In this document: positions 20,401-30,453 of the stretch, piece by piece | How the letters are laid out: each line of letters opens with the position of its first letter | Numbering within the stretch: position 1 is the stretch's first letter | DNA from: a virus | Lineage: Duplodnaviria; Caudoviricetes | Reading direction: 5' to 3' (one strand) | IMG/VR virus record: IMGVR_UViG_3300047554_000377 | Location: 1-49,771 of that record | DNA: 49,771 bases | Position numbers and translations under genes: made by a program | Notes under the pieces: generated by a model | Databases searched by the model: none | Seen by the model: the letters and a program-made list of their open reading frames with translations, nothing else | Told to the model about the DNA's origin: nothing

Positions 20401-22154
20401 TGGCATTTACTGGTACACGATTTGTTACATTACAAACTGGTACAGATGTTGCCGCATATTCGACTAACGGTTCCTCATGGACTAGCATAACATTACCTTA
20501 TTCTGCAAGCTGGTCAGCAATAGCCTACGGCGAAGGAACACTAGTTGCTCTTAAAACTGGAACAACTAACACAGGTATATATTCGCTAGACAATGGTAAT
20601 ACATGGTCAAATATGACTTTACCATATACCATTGACTGGCGATGCGTGACCTACGGTAATGGATTGTTTGTTGCAATCAGCGACTACGGTGCGGCATATT
20701 CAGAAGATGGTATCACTTGGAATTTATCAACAACTATTCTTCCAACACATACTTGGTCTTCAATTACATTTGGTAATAACAAGTTCATGGCTGTAGCCAG
20801 CGACAATACTAACGAATATGTGTATTCATTTGATGGAGATACATGGTATACCCAGACATTCCCAGCGTCTTCCTCATGGAAAGCAGTTGGGTATGGTCAA
20901 GGTGTTTACATGGCTGTGAGTTTCAGCGGAAATGCAGTAAGCTCAGAAGACGGTGTACAGTGGACTAACAGATCATTAACGCCAGCAGGCTCTCATAATG
21001 CGATTGGGTTTGGAAATCCAGGAAGCGTAGGAAAATTTGTAGTAGTCACAGACGGCCAAACTTCTTATCAGGTAGTTGGCGGATGTCGAGCAAAAGGAAA
21101 ACCAGTTATTACCGCAGGAAGAATCGGTGAAATATTCTTGTGGGAGCCAGGTTCTGGATATACCACAACACCCACATTAACATTTACAGATCCTAATTTA
21201 ACTAGTTTGCCACAAGTTGATTGTAGAACAGGTAATGGAGTATTAGGACAACCTAGTTTTGTTAATAGAGGTAACGGTTATCAAACAACATCTACAACTG
21301 TCACAATAACGGGCGATGGGTACGCTGACATTTATCAGCTTGGAAAATATTTGTACGTTGAAAATCTAACAAGATATCCGGCACCAGGTGCCAACCTTGT
21401 TATTGATGAGATTAACGACGTTATTTACAAAATTGTTGGAATACAGCAACTAGGCGGTACAGCACCTAACTATAGAGCTAGATTCCAAATCGCTCCAATA
21501 TTCGATAGAAACGAAAGCCCAGCTCACGGAACAGAAATGACTATTCGTGAAAAATATAGTCAGGTTCGTCTAACTGGACACGATTTCTTAGAAATCGGAA
21601 CTGGAAACTACGAACAAACTTCTTATCCTGAAACTAACTTAATTAACGTTGCACCAGAAAACGAAGTAGTTTATAAAGGCGGCGGTCGCGTATTCTACAC
21701 TTCAACAGACCAAGACGGTAACTTCCGAGTTGGCGAATTGTTTAAAGTTGAGCAATCTACCGGTATCGTTTCTGTTAGTGCAGACTACTTTGAATTAAGC
21801 GGTCTAGAAGAACTAAGACTAGGTGGAGTTCAAGTTGGTGGTTCGGGAACTGTTATTAGAGAATTTTCTACAGATGCTACATTTACAGCAGATTCTAATA
21901 ATATTGTACCAACACAACGAGCGATTAAAAACTATATAGCTAGAAGAATTTCGGGCGGTGGATCTGATGCTTCTACAGGACAGTTAACAGCGGGTACTGT
22001 AAAGTTGGGATTCCAGAGCATTTCTAGTACAACTAATACTGAAGTTAAGATGAGAAACAAAGTAATGATGAAATCAGGATTTGGGGGTACTATGTTAGCT
22101 ATGTACATGTTCTCAGATGCGTTTGGAAACGATTCAAACTATGGATCGCAGTAA
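17466..22154 (+). CDS. Giant structural protein: CBM5/12-like repeats, beta-helix, propeller-like repeats
   Basis: N-terminal W...T.Y...D.V.YGG..Y.C...H.S repeats; VYYVATDG...PWRTVKYAC; W.....YGNG.FVAV...YS.DG.TW repeats; paralog of 22219. Confidence 0.75.
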   Translation: MAEFKISRIRFTWQGDWAAGTAYTKDDIVRYDAKVFVCLVGHTADLDFYEDLNYVDETVTPSVPDPKWELMFEGQAWVGNWAPETYYSIGEIVKDGGQVYICTLGHTSRDNLAQDSTSWTYFARTEDWRTDWAVDTYYELFAIVKYGGIVYRCIDPHQSAGTIDEGLEADIAKWTIVGLTHDWKTDWATETRYKRNDVVKYGATVYRCTEGHTSATSVDDGIEVDSDKWEIIHRGIEYKFDWDPDTFKYKVNDIVKYGANLYICTTAHVSSEEFDESKWIFFIPGLQYEEDWLSLETYQPGDVVKYGGYSYYSKTLNTNKVPSVESADWELLTIGYKMQSTDWNSAQQYYVGDVVRRQGQLYVAREDNSAKDPNISSEWELQIPGEKYVGNWFPEQSYAIGDIVTYRENTYRCITLHESEDANRPDNDIAKNLTLNVGEYWALLIEGDHNNRLEYQGDIKTYDVIEDSSAVPSRLPIGNDGEVLRVVDSQVSWEKFGVVNKVYYVATDGVDEITRGTTLNDPWRTVKYACQNITGPATIFIKTGVYKEEIPISIPADVALVGDELRSTVIEPAANFETRDMFYVRNGTGIRNMTLRGLSGTLGVRNNYGTQRPTAGAFVSLDPGSSPFDETVWISTRSPYVQNVTTFGTGCTGLKVDGSLHTGGNRSIVANDFTQILSDGIGAWVTNNGLSELVSVFSYYGHIGYLAEDGGKIRATNGNSSYGTYGCVAEGYNLTEEPITATVNNRTLEAQVGEIFAGQQGDKILVLGYAHAGQNYTGATYTVSGAGYGADLKATEFRDRSIFEARILGPGDSSAAGGGGFISTGNNAQAGDTTTVTIASNDQNTEAEYLGLRVTLTSGTGVGQYGYVYAYDDVSKVATIYKESDDTPGWDHVVGGYPIEPVLDSTTVYRLEARLTFSAPSFSITSSNLPASQTWTSVVYGNSRFVAVSSNSASTAYSTDGSTWSAGGDLPAGSGWNCMAFTGTRFVTLQTGTDVAAYSTNGSSWTSITLPYSASWSAIAYGEGTLVALKTGTTNTGIYSLDNGNTWSNMTLPYTIDWRCVTYGNGLFVAISDYGAAYSEDGITWNLSTTILPTHTWSSITFGNNKFMAVASDNTNEYVYSFDGDTWYTQTFPASSSWKAVGYGQGVYMAVSFSGNAVSSEDGVQWTNRSLTPAGSHNAIGFGNPGSVGKFVVVTDGQTSYQVVGGCRAKGKPVITAGRIGEIFLWEPGSGYTTTPTLTFTDPNLTSLPQVDCRTGNGVLGQPSFVNRGNGYQTTSTTVTITGDGYADIYQLGKYLYVENLTRYPAPGANLVIDEINDVIYKIVGIQQLGGTAPNYRARFQIAPIFDRNESPAHGTEMTIREKYSQVRLTGHDFLEIGTGNYEQTSYPETNLINVAPENEVVYKGGGRVFYTSTDQDGNFRVGELFKVEQSTGIVSVSADYFELSGLEELRLGGVQVGGSGTVIREFSTDATFTADSNNIVPTQRAIKNYIARRISGGGSDASTGQLTAGTVKLGFQSISSTTNTEVKMRNKVMMKSGFGGTMLAMYMFSDAFGNDSNYGSQ

Positions 22155-22181
22155 CATCTAAAATCTTAATTTTCAAGAAAG

Positions 22182-22189
22182 AATAAATA
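22182..22189 (+). promoter_or_regulatory. T4-late-like promoter box (AATAAATA)
   Basis: Intergenic motif upstream of a GGAG RBS. Confidence 0.55.
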
Positions 22190-22218
22190 CATTAACTTCA
22201 TGTGTAACGGAGCATTTA

Positions 22219-25200
22219 ATGGCTGAATTTAAACTTGGTAGAATACGCTTTATTTGGAAAGGCGATTGGGTCACAGGAACTACCTATATCAAAGACGACA
22301 TCGTCAAATACGGTGGTAAAACCTATGTTTGTGTTATAGGGCATACAGCAGACGCAGACTTTTATGTGGATTTTGAAAATGATCCAGCCCGTTGGAATCA
22401 GCTATCTGATGGTCAGCAGTGGAAAGGTGACTGGCAAACAGAATTCTACTACAAGCAAAATGATATTGTAAAGTACGGCGGATACCTATATATTTGTAAT
22501 GACGGACATACTTCAGCAGTTACAGACGCAGAAGGGCTAGAAGTTGATCAATCTAAGTGGGATTTGTTCGGCGAAACATTTGATTGGAAAGCCGACTGGG
22601 CAGTTGATACTAGATATAAAGTTAACGATGTTGTAAAATACGGCGGAAACTTATATCTATGTAATGAAGGACATACATCAGCATCTACACTAGCCCTTGG
22701 TCTAGAAGATTCTCTTTCTAAATGGGATATCTATTCCGAATCGTTTGATTGGAAAGGCGAATGGGACGTTGACACACGATACAAAATTAATGACGTAGTT
22801 ACCTACGGCGGAACAAGTTATGTCTGTAACGAAGGACATACATCTGCGGCAACTGAAACTCTTGGTCTAGAAGATGACCAATCTAAATGGGACTATCTAC
22901 ACAAGGGCATTGAATACCTTGGAGACTGGAGTGGTTCAAGCGTTCGATATAAAATAAATGATGTAGTTAAGTGGGGAGCAGACCTATGGATCTGTACAAC
23001 TCAACATACATCTTCAGGAACATTTGCTGAATCTAACTGGAGCATATTTGTCGAAGGTTTAGAATTTGACGACAGTTGGAATGAATCAGCTGTTTATCAA
23101 CCAGGCGATGTAGTCACTTATGGTGGCTATGCTTACATCAGCAAGACAAATAATACTAATCAAACTCCAACAACAAACTCCGACGATTGGAGCTTGTTTA
23201 CTACTGGATTTGCATTCAAAGGCGACTGGGGTAATCCTAATTCTTACGAAGTAGGCGATGTTGTTCGATTAAATGGTTACACATACGTTGCCACCGCAGA
23301 CAACACAAATCAAAAACCACCTAATACTACTTACTGGCAGAGACTTAACTATGGTATGCGCTGGTTTAATGCTTGGGCATCAGGACAAGCATATACACTA
23401 GGCGATTCTATTAGATACGGAAGCAATTCTTATATCTGTATAAATCCTCACACATCAGCAACAGGAAATCGCCCTGATAATGATACTACTGGTGCATACT
23501 GGAACTTACTGGCTGCAGGCTCTGAAGAGAGCGTATTAACAACACAAGGCGACCTTGTCTACTACGGTGGCGCCGGTGCAACACGATTGCCAATTGGGCG
23601 TGACGGTCAAATTCTGCGTGTTAACGGATTTGCAGAACCAACCTGGGCATATTTTGGTGTAATCAGTGATGTTTACTATGTAGCTCCTAACGGCGCAGAC
23701 GAACCGTTCCCAGCATACGGTGCAACTATTGATAAACCATGGAAGACAGTTCGATACGCTTGTGAGCAAATCGAGCGCGGCGCAAAGAATCAAATGTCTG
23801 CCAAGCTATTAGAAATTAATAGACAGTTTATTCAAGCCGAAATCATTGAATGGATTGAGGCACAGATTGTAGGAAATATTGCACCGTTCACTTCCGCATT
23901 TACTTACGATTCTGCTCTTTGCGAAAGAGACATGGGTTACCTAGTTGATGCTCTAATATGGGATATTACACACGGCGGAAACGTTCGTTCTCGATTAGCC
24001 GCACTATCATATTTTACTGATTTAGGTTCTAGTTATATTACAGGACAAGAAGAAGAAACTGTTGCGGCAATCAACTACGGGTTAACCTTAATTGACGATG
24101 TTATTTCTAATGTTGCAGTAACACCTTTACAAACAACTATAGATCAAATTATTGATACAGACTTAATTGAAGAGACTGGCGTTCAAGATCGAATTGACGA
24201 ACTAGTAGGAATCATCACTGATGCTATTACAGCCGGAGAAACAACGAATATTCCTGCGGCAGTTAAAACTAATGTATCATTAAACGTTAAGACCGGCACA
24301 TACTACGAAGTACTACCTATTGTAGTACCAGCCGAAACTGCTATTATTGGAGATGAACTGCGTTCAACAAATATTCGACCAGCAGGATCTCTTGTAGATG
24401 CTAGTGATGTTCAGTACAGTGTAGAAGGATTAACACGAATCGCTAGTCTACTCAGCGACGTTGTTCAAGGAACTTCTGTAACTAAAACACCTTCAAACAC
24501 ACAAAGCCAAGTAGCTGTTGAGCCATTTGCTTCAATCACAGACGGTGCAGAAGCAGAAAAATTAATGAGAGCAGTAGTTCAAGCTATTGCTTATAAGACA
24601 CAGCAACTCGATCCAATTTTAACATTGGCAGAACCTACAGGTTATAATGTATCTTATCTAATTGGGTACGGTGATGCTAGAGATTTAATCGTAGATAACA
24701 AAGCATTTATCCAAGCTGAAATTTTAGCCTATATTGAAGATAACTATCCTAACTTATATTACGATAGAAATGCTTGTTCTAGAGACGTAGGATATATTAT
24801 CGATGCACTTCGCTACGATATGACCTATGGTGGAAATCTACAAACCCTAGTGGCTGCTAATTCTTATTTTGCAGGCGTTGGTGGTGCATCTCAAATTGAC
24901 AGCACTGAAGTTACAGCAACACTTGCGGCCTATGCATATCTACAATCTCTAGTAGGTGATATCGCTGTTAATACTACAGTAACACCTTTACAAACAGATG
25001 TAGCACAGGTTTCTGGAACAGCAGGTTCAGCCGGTGCGGCAACATTCGCTGAAGATAGAATCGGTGAGATCATAACTACTATCAATACTGGAACTGCTCC
25101 TTCAACAAGTACGCCAAGCACAACATGGGTATCTGGTGCATTGACATCAGCGCAAAGTGCTTTAAATTCTGCTAAAACCACAATTCAAAATAATGTAACT

Positions 25201-28200
25201 GCATGGATTGACGGAAATGTCTTGGCCGCAGCCGAAGGCGATGTTTGGTACGAATTTACATATAATTCAACTAAGTGTGCTAGAGACGTGGGACAGATTA
25301 TCGATGCTCTCGGCTACGACTTTATGTTTGATAGCAACTTCCAAAGCATCAAAGCCGCAATGGCATATCTACGTACAGATGCTAGCGTTGTTCTTACAGA
25401 ACAAAAACAACAGCATTTGCTTGCCCTTGAATATCTAAGAACTGAAGCTATCGCAAACGTTGGTTCAGATGCAACGGCTATTGCTAGAATTAATGCTAAC
25501 ATGGAAGTGATTACAGACATCATCTTCTCTGGTTCATATGAAGGTACGAATACTGCTACATATGATGGAACATTGTACGCGGCAGCAAGATTAATTGAGC
25601 TTAACAAAGATTTCTTAGCTGAAGAAGCTACCGCATATATTACAGCAACTTATCCTTCTTACACTTATGATGTTACAGCATGTCAGAGAGATGTAAGAGA
25701 ATTCTTAGATGCGATCAAATACGACTTAGTCTACACTGGTAACTATCGTTCTAGAAGAGCCGCAACTCATTATGCTCATGCAGTTAACGGATCTACACTA
25801 TCAGACATGTTCTATCTACAAAATGGTACTGGTTTAAGAAACTGTACTGTTCAAGGACTAAGCGGATATCTAGGACCTGTTAACGGTTACGGAACTCGCA
25901 GACCAACAGCCGGAGCATTTGTCAGCTTAGATCCAGGTTGGGGTCCAGATGATGACCGTGCATGGATTATTAACAAGTCACCATATGTACAAAACGTCAC
26001 AACATTCGGTACAGCCTGTGTCGGTCAAAAGATCGACGGATCACTCCATAACGGTGGTAACAAGTCTATCGTTTCCAACGACTTTACACAGGTTTTAAGT
26101 GACGGTATCGGATGCTGGGTTAAGAATGACGGTAGGGTAGAGCTTGTTTCTGTGTTCTCATACTATGGACATATTGGTTACTTAGCAGAAGACGGCGGTA
26201 AGATTCGTGCTACTAATGGTAACTCATCATATGGTACATATGGTTGTGTATCAGAAGGAGTTGACCTAACAGAAACACCAATTACTGGCGTTGTTACAAA
26301 CAGAGCTTTTGATGCAGTTGTTGAAGCAGTTAACGTTACCGGCGAAGAAGTCATGAACTTTGAGTTCTTAAATGCTGGACAAGAATATACTACTGCAACT
26401 TACACAGTCAGCGGTGCAGGATACAATTTAAGTGTATCAGCAAATGAATTCCGCGATGGCGGTGTAACTGAAATTAGATTAACAGATCCGGGCGACTCTA
26501 GCGGAACTGGTGGTGCTGACTACAACACACAAGAAAACGTTGCTCAGGGTGGTAATACAACAAGCATTACTATTGCGGCTACTGACTCTGCAATCAGTTC
26601 AGCATACACTGGTATGAGAATTAGCATCGTGTCTGGAACAGGAGTTGGACAATACGGTTATATTAACTCTTATAATGCTGGTAGCAAACTAGCACAAGTT
26701 TATAAGATTTCTACAGGAACAGCGGGCTGGGATCATGTAATCCCAGGAACAGCGATTGCTTCAGCTCTTGATGCAACTACTCAATATAGAATTGAGCCAA
26801 GAGTAACTGTTACTAGTCCAGGATTTACATCAACTTCAAGATCCCTACCAAGCTCAACAACTTGGTCAGATGCGATCTACGGTGAAATTAATTTCTCTGA
26901 TACAGGAATAGCAACAACAGGCGGTACCGGTACTGGCGCAACATTCGATGTTGACGCAGTTGGACTAGCTTATACTGTTGAGTTAAACAACGGTGGTACA
27001 GGATATATAGCCGGAGACCTTATTGTAATTGACGGTTCAGATCTAGGCGGTTCAACAGTTACTAACGATATTACAGTTAAAGTTGGTCTAGTTGATTCTA
27101 TAACTGGTGCAGTTGAAGAATTTACTGTTGAATCCGGAATCCCAAGAGGCGGCCGATTTGTGGCAGTATCTGGCGGCACAGCAGGTGCTTATTCCGATAA
27201 CGGTACAACATGGACTTCGACTACATTACCGAGTGCTACTTGGACCAGTATCGCTAACGGAGATGGACGATTTGTAGCAGTAGCTACTGGCAGCACAACT
27301 TCAGCTTATTCCGATGATGGTATAACATGGACCACTGGCGGATCTATGCCGTCGACATATTCATGGTCTTCTGTTGTATGGACAGGAACTAAGTTCTTGG
27401 CTATCGCAGAAGGCGGCCAAACAGCAAGCTCAACAGACGGTACTACATGGGCGCCGGCTGGAACACTGCCAATAACCGGCACAGCATATAAAGATGTAGT
27501 CTACGGTAAGGGTAAACTAGTGGCAATTAACGGAGCATCGGGAACAACAGTCGGTGCTATTTCGTCGAACGAAGGAACTACATGGTCAGCAGTTACATTG
27601 CCTGCCGGAACATGGACAAGTATTACATTTGGTAAGAATTTGTTTATTGCAGTAGGCGAAAGCTCCGCAAGCTACGCTTACAGCCAAGACGGTACTACTT
27701 GGTCTACAGGCACACTACCGTCAACTTTTGGTACAGCGCCCAAAGTTGCCTACGGTCAAGGTTTATTCTTTGTAGTACAGCAAGGTTCTGCTACAGCCGC
27801 AACATCTGAAGATGGTACTAACTGGACAGGCCGCTCATTGAGTTCTATCGCCAACTGGTCCGCAGTTGCCTTTGGTAACCCATCGAGATCAGGTGTTTGG
27901 GCTCAAATTTCTACAGGTGCAACCACAGCTAACTCTGTTGCAACAGGTTGTACAGCAATGGCTCGTGTATCTGTAGCGTCCGATGGCGGTACTATCACCG
28001 CATTTAAAATTGTTGAACCGGGATCTGGTTATACATCTGATCCAACAGTTGGAATCATCGATCCGAGCAACACCGTTGAAGCAACATTTGATGTAAGACT
28101 AGCTAATGGTACACTGGCTAATCCAACATTTAATAATAGAGGTTCTGACTGGGCATCCGCTAGCGCAACCTTAACAGGTGATGGATTTATGGATAGATAC

Positions 28201-28989
28201 CAAACTGGTAGCTATATCAATGTTAGAAATCTAACTAGCAGACCAGTACCTGGATCAAACGTAAGATTAACATCAATTAACGATGTTTACTACAAACTTG
28301 TTGCTGTTACAAACTTCCTTGGTACTGAAGGAAATTACACAGCTACTCTACAATTAAGCCCAACGATGGGTGCGGCTGAGTCTCCAGCACACAACGAAGC
28401 AGTTGATATTAGAATATTATACAGCCAAGTTCGTTTAACTGGACATGATTTCTTAAGTATTGGTACTGGTAACTTTGCGCAGACAAACTACCCAGGATTG
28501 TTTACACAAGATCCTGTACCAGCGAACGAGACCGTAGAAAACGGCGGTGGTCGTGTGTTCTATACAAGTACTGACCAAGACGGTAACTTCCGAGTTGGTG
28601 GTCTGTTCAACGTTGAACAGGCGACTGGTGTAGCTACACTTAATGCTGATGCATTTAATATTTCTGGATTGCAAGAACTACAGTTAGGATCTGTAGCGTT
28701 AGGTGGCACAGGTGCTACAATTAACGAATTCTCAACTGACCCGTACTTTACAGCAGATTCAGATAGTGTTGTACCAACACAGCGAGCAATTAAAGCATAT
28801 ATTGCGAGCCAAATTGGTGGTGGTGGTAGCTCATTGAACGTAAATACACTAACAGCTGGTGTTATCTACGTTGCAAACGATGAGATTTCAACCACAACTG
28901 GAGTTCAAATTAACATACCAAGTAAGATGAACTTCTTAGGAGGCGTTGATGGAACACCAGTCGCGCTGAACTTCTTTTTATTAGGATAA
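22219..28989 (+). CDS. Giant structural protein (2256 aa), paralog of 17466 with four inserted helical CxRD repeats
   Basis: Same architecture as 17466 plus the inserts LCERDMGY, ACSRDVGY, KCARDVGQ and ACQRDVRE. Confidence 0.75.
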   Translation: MAEFKLGRIRFIWKGDWVTGTTYIKDDIVKYGGKTYVCVIGHTADADFYVDFENDPARWNQLSDGQQWKGDWQTEFYYKQNDIVKYGGYLYICNDGHTSAVTDAEGLEVDQSKWDLFGETFDWKADWAVDTRYKVNDVVKYGGNLYLCNEGHTSASTLALGLEDSLSKWDIYSESFDWKGEWDVDTRYKINDVVTYGGTSYVCNEGHTSAATETLGLEDDQSKWDYLHKGIEYLGDWSGSSVRYKINDVVKWGADLWICTTQHTSSGTFAESNWSIFVEGLEFDDSWNESAVYQPGDVVTYGGYAYISKTNNTNQTPTTNSDDWSLFTTGFAFKGDWGNPNSYEVGDVVRLNGYTYVATADNTNQKPPNTTYWQRLNYGMRWFNAWASGQAYTLGDSIRYGSNSYICINPHTSATGNRPDNDTTGAYWNLLAAGSEESVLTTQGDLVYYGGAGATRLPIGRDGQILRVNGFAEPTWAYFGVISDVYYVAPNGADEPFPAYGATIDKPWKTVRYACEQIERGAKNQMSAKLLEINRQFIQAEIIEWIEAQIVGNIAPFTSAFTYDSALCERDMGYLVDALIWDITHGGNVRSRLAALSYFTDLGSSYITGQEEETVAAINYGLTLIDDVISNVAVTPLQTTIDQIIDTDLIEETGVQDRIDELVGIITDAITAGETTNIPAAVKTNVSLNVKTGTYYEVLPIVVPAETAIIGDELRSTNIRPAGSLVDASDVQYSVEGLTRIASLLSDVVQGTSVTKTPSNTQSQVAVEPFASITDGAEAEKLMRAVVQAIAYKTQQLDPILTLAEPTGYNVSYLIGYGDARDLIVDNKAFIQAEILAYIEDNYPNLYYDRNACSRDVGYIIDALRYDMTYGGNLQTLVAANSYFAGVGGASQIDSTEVTATLAAYAYLQSLVGDIAVNTTVTPLQTDVAQVSGTAGSAGAATFAEDRIGEIITTINTGTAPSTSTPSTTWVSGALTSAQSALNSAKTTIQNNVTAWIDGNVLAAAEGDVWYEFTYNSTKCARDVGQIIDALGYDFMFDSNFQSIKAAMAYLRTDASVVLTEQKQQHLLALEYLRTEAIANVGSDATAIARINANMEVITDIIFSGSYEGTNTATYDGTLYAAARLIELNKDFLAEEATAYITATYPSYTYDVTACQRDVREFLDAIKYDLVYTGNYRSRRAATHYAHAVNGSTLSDMFYLQNGTGLRNCTVQGLSGYLGPVNGYGTRRPTAGAFVSLDPGWGPDDDRAWIINKSPYVQNVTTFGTACVGQKIDGSLHNGGNKSIVSNDFTQVLSDGIGCWVKNDGRVELVSVFSYYGHIGYLAEDGGKIRATNGNSSYGTYGCVSEGVDLTETPITGVVTNRAFDAVVEAVNVTGEEVMNFEFLNAGQEYTTATYTVSGAGYNLSVSANEFRDGGVTEIRLTDPGDSSGTGGADYNTQENVAQGGNTTSITIAATDSAISSAYTGMRISIVSGTGVGQYGYINSYNAGSKLAQVYKISTGTAGWDHVIPGTAIASALDATTQYRIEPRVTVTSPGFTSTSRSLPSSTTWSDAIYGEINFSDTGIATTGGTGTGATFDVDAVGLAYTVELNNGGTGYIAGDLIVIDGSDLGGSTVTNDITVKVGLVDSITGAVEEFTVESGIPRGGRFVAVSGGTAGAYSDNGTTWTSTTLPSATWTSIANGDGRFVAVATGSTTSAYSDDGITWTTGGSMPSTYSWSSVVWTGTKFLAIAEGGQTASSTDGTTWAPAGTLPITGTAYKDVVYGKGKLVAINGASGTTVGAISSNEGTTWSAVTLPAGTWTSITFGKNLFIAVGESSASYAYSQDGTTWSTGTLPSTFGTAPKVAYGQGLFFVVQQGSATAATSEDGTNWTGRSLSSIANWSAVAFGNPSRSGVWAQISTGATTANSVATGCTAMARVSVASDGGTITAFKIVEPGSGYTSDPTVGIIDPSNTVEATFDVRLANGTLANPTFNNRGSDWASASATLTGDGFMDRYQTGSYINVRNLTSRPVPGSNVRLTSINDVYYKLVAVTNFLGTEGNYTATLQLSPTMGAAESPAHNEAVDIRILYSQVRLTGHDFLSIGTGNFAQTNYPGLFTQDPVPANETVENGGGRVFYTSTDQDGNFRVGGLFNVEQATGVATLNADAFNISGLQELQLGSVALGGTGATINEFSTDPYFTADSDSVVPTQRAIKAYIASQIGGGGSSLNVNTLTAGVIYVANDEISTTTGVQINIPSKMNFLGGVDGTPVALNFFLLG

Positions 28990-29002
28990 CGGAGATTTAA
29001 AC

Positions 29003-29323
29003 ATGGCAACAGGAAGACTAGGAACAGCAAGCCTTAGCGCAGCCACAGATACAACGTTATATCAATGCCCAGCTGATACGTTTTCAGTAGTATCAGTATC
29101 ATTGTGTAATCGAGGAAATCAGGCCTGCGGAGTAAGAATCGCTGTATGTGATTCAGCAACCCCAGCAGATGCTGAATATATTGAATACGATGCTGAAGTA
29201 GGCGGTAAAGGCGTACTAGAGCGCACGGGTATTGTTATGCAAGCAGGTAAATTCCTGGTTGTAAGATCTAGTAATGCAAATGTAAGTGCTGTGGCGTTCG
29301 GTATTGAAACGCCTGTGGCATAA
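29003..29323 (+). CDS. Small ~110-aa beta protein, paralog family A
   Basis: DTTLYQCP...VVSVSLCNR...LERTGIVM...VSAVAFGIE. Confidence 0.7.
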   Translation: MATGRLGTASLSAATDTTLYQCPADTFSVVSVSLCNRGNQACGVRIAVCDSATPADAEYIEYDAEVGGKGVLERTGIVMQAGKFLVVRSSNANVSAVAFGIETPVA

Positions 29324-29326
29324 ATA
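29319..29326 (+). promoter_or_regulatory. T4-late-like promoter box (CATAAATA)
   Basis: Overlaps the stop of 29003, upstream of the Cys-rich cluster. Confidence 0.55.
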
Positions 29327-29347
29327 CATTCAAAGGATACACTCATT

Positions 29348-29665
29348 ATGGGAAGATATTTAACTACAACTGGTACCGTAAGCACAGTAACTAGAACAGT
29401 TGGTACTACATATTCTGCTGTAGCAAACGACAGAATCGTATGTACAGCTGGTGGTTTTACTATTACATTACCTTCATCACCTTCAGTAGATGATTCTATT
29501 CAGATCATTGACGCAACAGGTGTGTTTGGTTCTAGTAACGTAACTGTTGGCAGAAACGGTAACAAAATTCAAAACTTATCTGAAGATTTGACACTTAACA
29601 TCAACAACACCGCTATTACACTTGTTTGGACAGGTAGTACATATGGTTGGTTAATTGTAAGATAA
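29348..29665 (+). CDS. Small tail-fibre-related beta domain protein
   Basis: FTITLPSSP...D.IQIIDA.G.F...NVTVGRNG.KI....EDLTLN...TLVW.G..YGW, a motif I associate with phage fibre domains. Confidence 0.6.
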   Translation: MGRYLTTTGTVSTVTRTVGTTYSAVANDRIVCTAGGFTITLPSSPSVDDSIQIIDATGVFGSSNVTVGRNGNKIQNLSEDLTLNINNTAITLVWTGSTYGWLIVR

Positions 29666-29678
29666 AAGGTGATAACAC

Positions 29679-30434
29679 ATGTCAGATTTAAGACAACTAA
29701 TTGGAGTTCCGGGAGCAAAAGTTGAACAGTATGTACTTACAGTGTTCAACGGCAACTACGACTCTGTAACAAACGGAGGCGCCTGTTGCTTATGGACAGT
29801 TCCATCAGGAATAACAAGTGCTACTTTTGAAGTTTGGGGCGGCGGTGGCGACGGCCCGGGTGCATGTTGCTGTATGTGGCCTGCTTCTAACGGCGGAGCA
29901 GGTGGCTACAATAGAAGAACTATTGCAGTAACCGCAGGTTGTCAATTTAGATTATGTGCGGCAGGTTCTGGATGTTGCCAGCAAAACTGTTGCGGTACTT
30001 GCGGTTTTCCAAGTTATGTTATTTGCTCAACCGGCGGAGCTACAGTAACCTGTGCCACTGGCGGCTGCGGCGGTCAAGGACGTTGCTGGTGGTTTGGATT
30101 TAGCTGTACTGGTATTTGTGAACTAAGCTGTGGTGTAGATTCAACCCACTGCGGTGTCGGCGATTTTGGTCAATCGAGTTTACGTTCACCATCTGTAACC
30201 AGCAACTTCTGTAACAACCTAACATGGGACGTAGTTACGGGAGCACCTAAGTTTAGAAATACAACACGCAAAGGTTACGATACCTGCTACAACTGGATGA
30301 CTATTTCTGGTTGTTATAGGATGGGTGCTAGTGCATGGCCAGGTGGCGGCGGAACCGGTGGTGGCGCCTGCGGCGGACCGTGTTGTTGGGGCGGCTGGGG
30401 AGCCGGCGGCCTAGTTATGGTTACATATTATTAA
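29679..30434 (+). CDS. Cys/Gly-rich fibre-tip/adhesin-like protein 1
   Basis: CCLWTVP.G....FEVWGGGG.G.GACCC ... PGGGG...G.G.GGLV.VTY; about 26 Cys in 251 aa by hand count. Confidence 0.7.
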   Translation: MSDLRQLIGVPGAKVEQYVLTVFNGNYDSVTNGGACCLWTVPSGITSATFEVWGGGGDGPGACCCMWPASNGGAGGYNRRTIAVTAGCQFRLCAAGSGCCQQNCCGTCGFPSYVICSTGGATVTCATGGCGGQGRCWWFGFSCTGICELSCGVDSTHCGVGDFGQSSLRSPSVTSNFCNNLTWDVVTGAPKFRNTTRKGYDTCYNWMTISGCYRMGASAWPGGGGTGGGACGGPCCWGGWGAGGLVMVTYY

Positions 30435-30453
30435 TGAGTTAAGAGGAAATAAA

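Noticed and set aside
17466-28989. Possible diversity-generating retroelement template/variable repeat pair
   Set aside because: No reverse transcriptase in the window; both copies are coding and mismatches are synonymous, not adenine-specific
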